Source: Mobula hypostoma
Taxonomy: Eukaryota
DNA: 64,000 nt
NCBI RefSeq assembly: GCF_963921235.1
Contig: NC_086108.1
Span: forward strand, 77,688,001-77,752,000
Direction of reading: 5' to 3'
Each line of letters starts with the position of its first letter. The first letter of the stretch is position 1. Below are positions 61,850 through 64,000 of this stretch, in pieces. The position numbers and the translations under genes are program-made. The notes below the pieces were generated by a model. That model was not told the origin of the DNA. It did not search any database and saw only the letters and a program-made list of their open reading frames with translations.

Positions 61850-63800
61850 ATATTCCCAGGGATGTGGGCATCGAGAGGCCAGCATTGATACTCCATCATT
61901 CACTGCTGTTGTGAGGTGGTAGTCATGAGCCTTCTTGAACTTGACATTCCAAGTGGTGAAAGCATATCCATAATGTTGATTGGTGCATAACTTGAAGCGG
62001 AAGCCAGAATCCATGATCTTCATTCTTCCATCTTTCTGCTTACAGAATTCTTTTGGTAGTGATAAAATAGAAGTGGTGAAGGGGAGAGTGACAGTGAAAG
62101 TGCTATGGCCTGGGGAGTCCTGTCAAATATACCTCGACAAGTTGTTTCAGTGCACCCTGTAGCTGGGACATGTAAGATTTGAGGAGAAGGTAGATACGTA
62201 AGCAAATGGATGAGTGTTAATCAAACTTTCTTTTGGATAATGTCCAACATTTTGAGTATTATTAAGGCCTTCATCCATCAAAGCAATTAGAAAGTGTTTT
62301 CTTTGCCTCATGGGACCTGGACATCATGACAAGATCACGGTGCCCTTGGGAATGTAGATGTAGTTTGCTTTCCAGCACCCCCACAGCCCATGTGGTAAAG
62401 GTGCTCATGTGGGGCTGTTGGACAGGTAGTTCTAGGAATTAGCCTCATGACAATGTATGAGTAGAGAGGTACTTTAAAGGCAAACGGCATGAAATATTGT
62501 ACAATCATAGAATCTTCTGTTAAGATAGCACCAAGCTGAGATGTCCATCAAGGTTGTGGTTCAGACATACAAAAGTTAGGGGCAAGTGATTGGAGTCTAG
62601 CTTAGAGCACTGTATAATCAAAGGTTAGTAATACCCATGAACGGATGTTGGGCTGGCAGGCACTGAAGAAAAAGATCAGTAAGCCCTGTGGTCAATGGCC
62701 AAGGTTGATGGCCCCATGGATGAGGCTAATGACCACCCCATAAGTTGGCAAGTCTTAGGGTTGAAGCCCATGTTTATCTGGAGGCTGAGATCCAGAGATC
62801 AAAGTCATTTGATTGGCGAGTCATGGGGTTGATACCCAAAAGTCACTGGTTGAACTCCAGGGATTGGTGAGTCTGGAGGTTGAATCCTGACGGTCAAAAA
62901 CCAAAGTTGGGATATGTTGAGGTTGATGCCCAAAAGTCAAAGCTCCTGGTCAGTATGTCCAAAGATTGGATGTCTGCGAGTCTGGACCAGGGACTGGAAG
63001 TTGGAGGCCCCATGTCCGTTCGATACACCCTCATTAGGTTAATGGCAATAGTAGATGTTTAAGGTGGTATGTTGGATCCTAATCAAGCAGTTGCTTCATC
63101 CTGAATGGAACTGGGCCTCTCAACATCAGCTGAAGCAGCACTCATTAAGGGAAGTAGAAAATATTCCATCATACCCTCAATCCATGTGCTGTAGATGACA
63201 GGAGACTGAGATGTAAGGAAGTATATCACTTTCTACAGAATGCCCAGCAGCTTATCTGCAATTATAGCTAGGATGTTGATGATCAAAGAAGCTAGTGATC
63301 CAATGCCACTAAATATTAAGGGATATGGTTATATTCTTTTCTTGCCGATCATGAGCATTGCTTAGTAGTTGTGCAGTATGAACATAGCTTGTCATTTATC
63401 AGCTTAAGCCAAAATGTTCTCCATTTGCTAAACGCAAGCACTGTTTTGTTATCTGAAGGAGTTGTACTTGCAAATGAATTCTGTGCTATTGTGAGCAAAG
63501 GCATGACGTCATTTCTGGCTGAAGATAAGCCTAGGACATTGCACTGTTATCAATACACTGGTGGTAGGGATTCAACATTAATGTTAAAGATTTCAGCAAC
63601 TAATACCCATCTTTATATCACCTCCATCGTGCTGATATGTCAGGTGGATGTTGCTGAAATATTTAGGAATATTAGCAGGTACCTGCATGGCCATGTCAGG
63701 TTGTTGCTCAGCAACCCCTTGTGAAAACTTTCCCAGCCAGTCCTCGAACAAAATAACTTAGTAGGTACAACTAGCTGCAGGAACATCGGTTGAGTTCTAA
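61850..63800 (-). mobile_element. Old fragments of the CR1/L2-group family seen at 7436-8605
   Basis: gggatgtgggcatcgagaggccagcatt is the reverse complement of that family's 3' end; further degenerate matches at ~62200-62480 and ~63100-63500. Confidence 0.6.
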
Positions 63801-64000
63801 CTTAATGTTTAGATGAAAACGATGATCTATCTAACTTTTTCTGGCTCTATTTATTGCTGTTAAAAAATGACTAGTGGCTTATGTGTAGGTTTGGAAAGCA
63901 GATAACAGTCAGCTCAGAGATAAGAGAGGATAGGAGTCAGAGAGAGGTCAAATTGGGGATAGAATGCAGGTTTCCTTCCTTGAAGAGTGTAAGTGAACCA

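Noticed and set aside
62680..63020. CRISPR-like repeat/spacer reading of the degenerate repeats
   Set aside because: The repeats are too divergent and irregular, there are no cas genes, and the context is vertebrate.

Overview
Eukaryotic, intron-like and very repeat-dense DNA. The repeat repertoire suggests a cartilaginous fish, probably a ray, but that is an inference. Almost every ORF in the track is a decayed retrotransposon fragment, so none is called as a gene. Main components: four long CR1 LINEs (12852-17686, 18268-22100, 29110-32721, 48912-51890) plus many shorter CR1 pieces; Rex1/Babar RT fragments on both strands; RTE elements, one split by three nested insertions; an L1 3' end; Penelope-like elements (PLEs) with GIY-YIG remnants and hammerhead-ribozyme motifs; a tRNA-head SINE; a TG...CA solo LTR; and a Tc1/mariner chimera. 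Two plausible + strand coding exons of an unidentified host gene lie at 23219-23317 and 60899-61057. The most unusual items are: (1) a HERO-like RLE retroelement 3' end between ~195-bp direct repeats, possibly a giant target-site duplication (TSD); (2) 90-220 bp PLE-derived, TSD-flanked mini-insertions whose ends cluster at the hammerhead core; (3) three families of 620-820 bp non-coding retroelements with an AAGATGGC-type 5' end and Rex1/Babar-like tails; (4) an 80-bp microhomology-bounded copy of an insertion junction. No bacterial-type operon, CRISPR array or intact RNA gene was seen. Family names come from motif recognition, not database searches, and boundaries are approximate unless a TSD is quoted.
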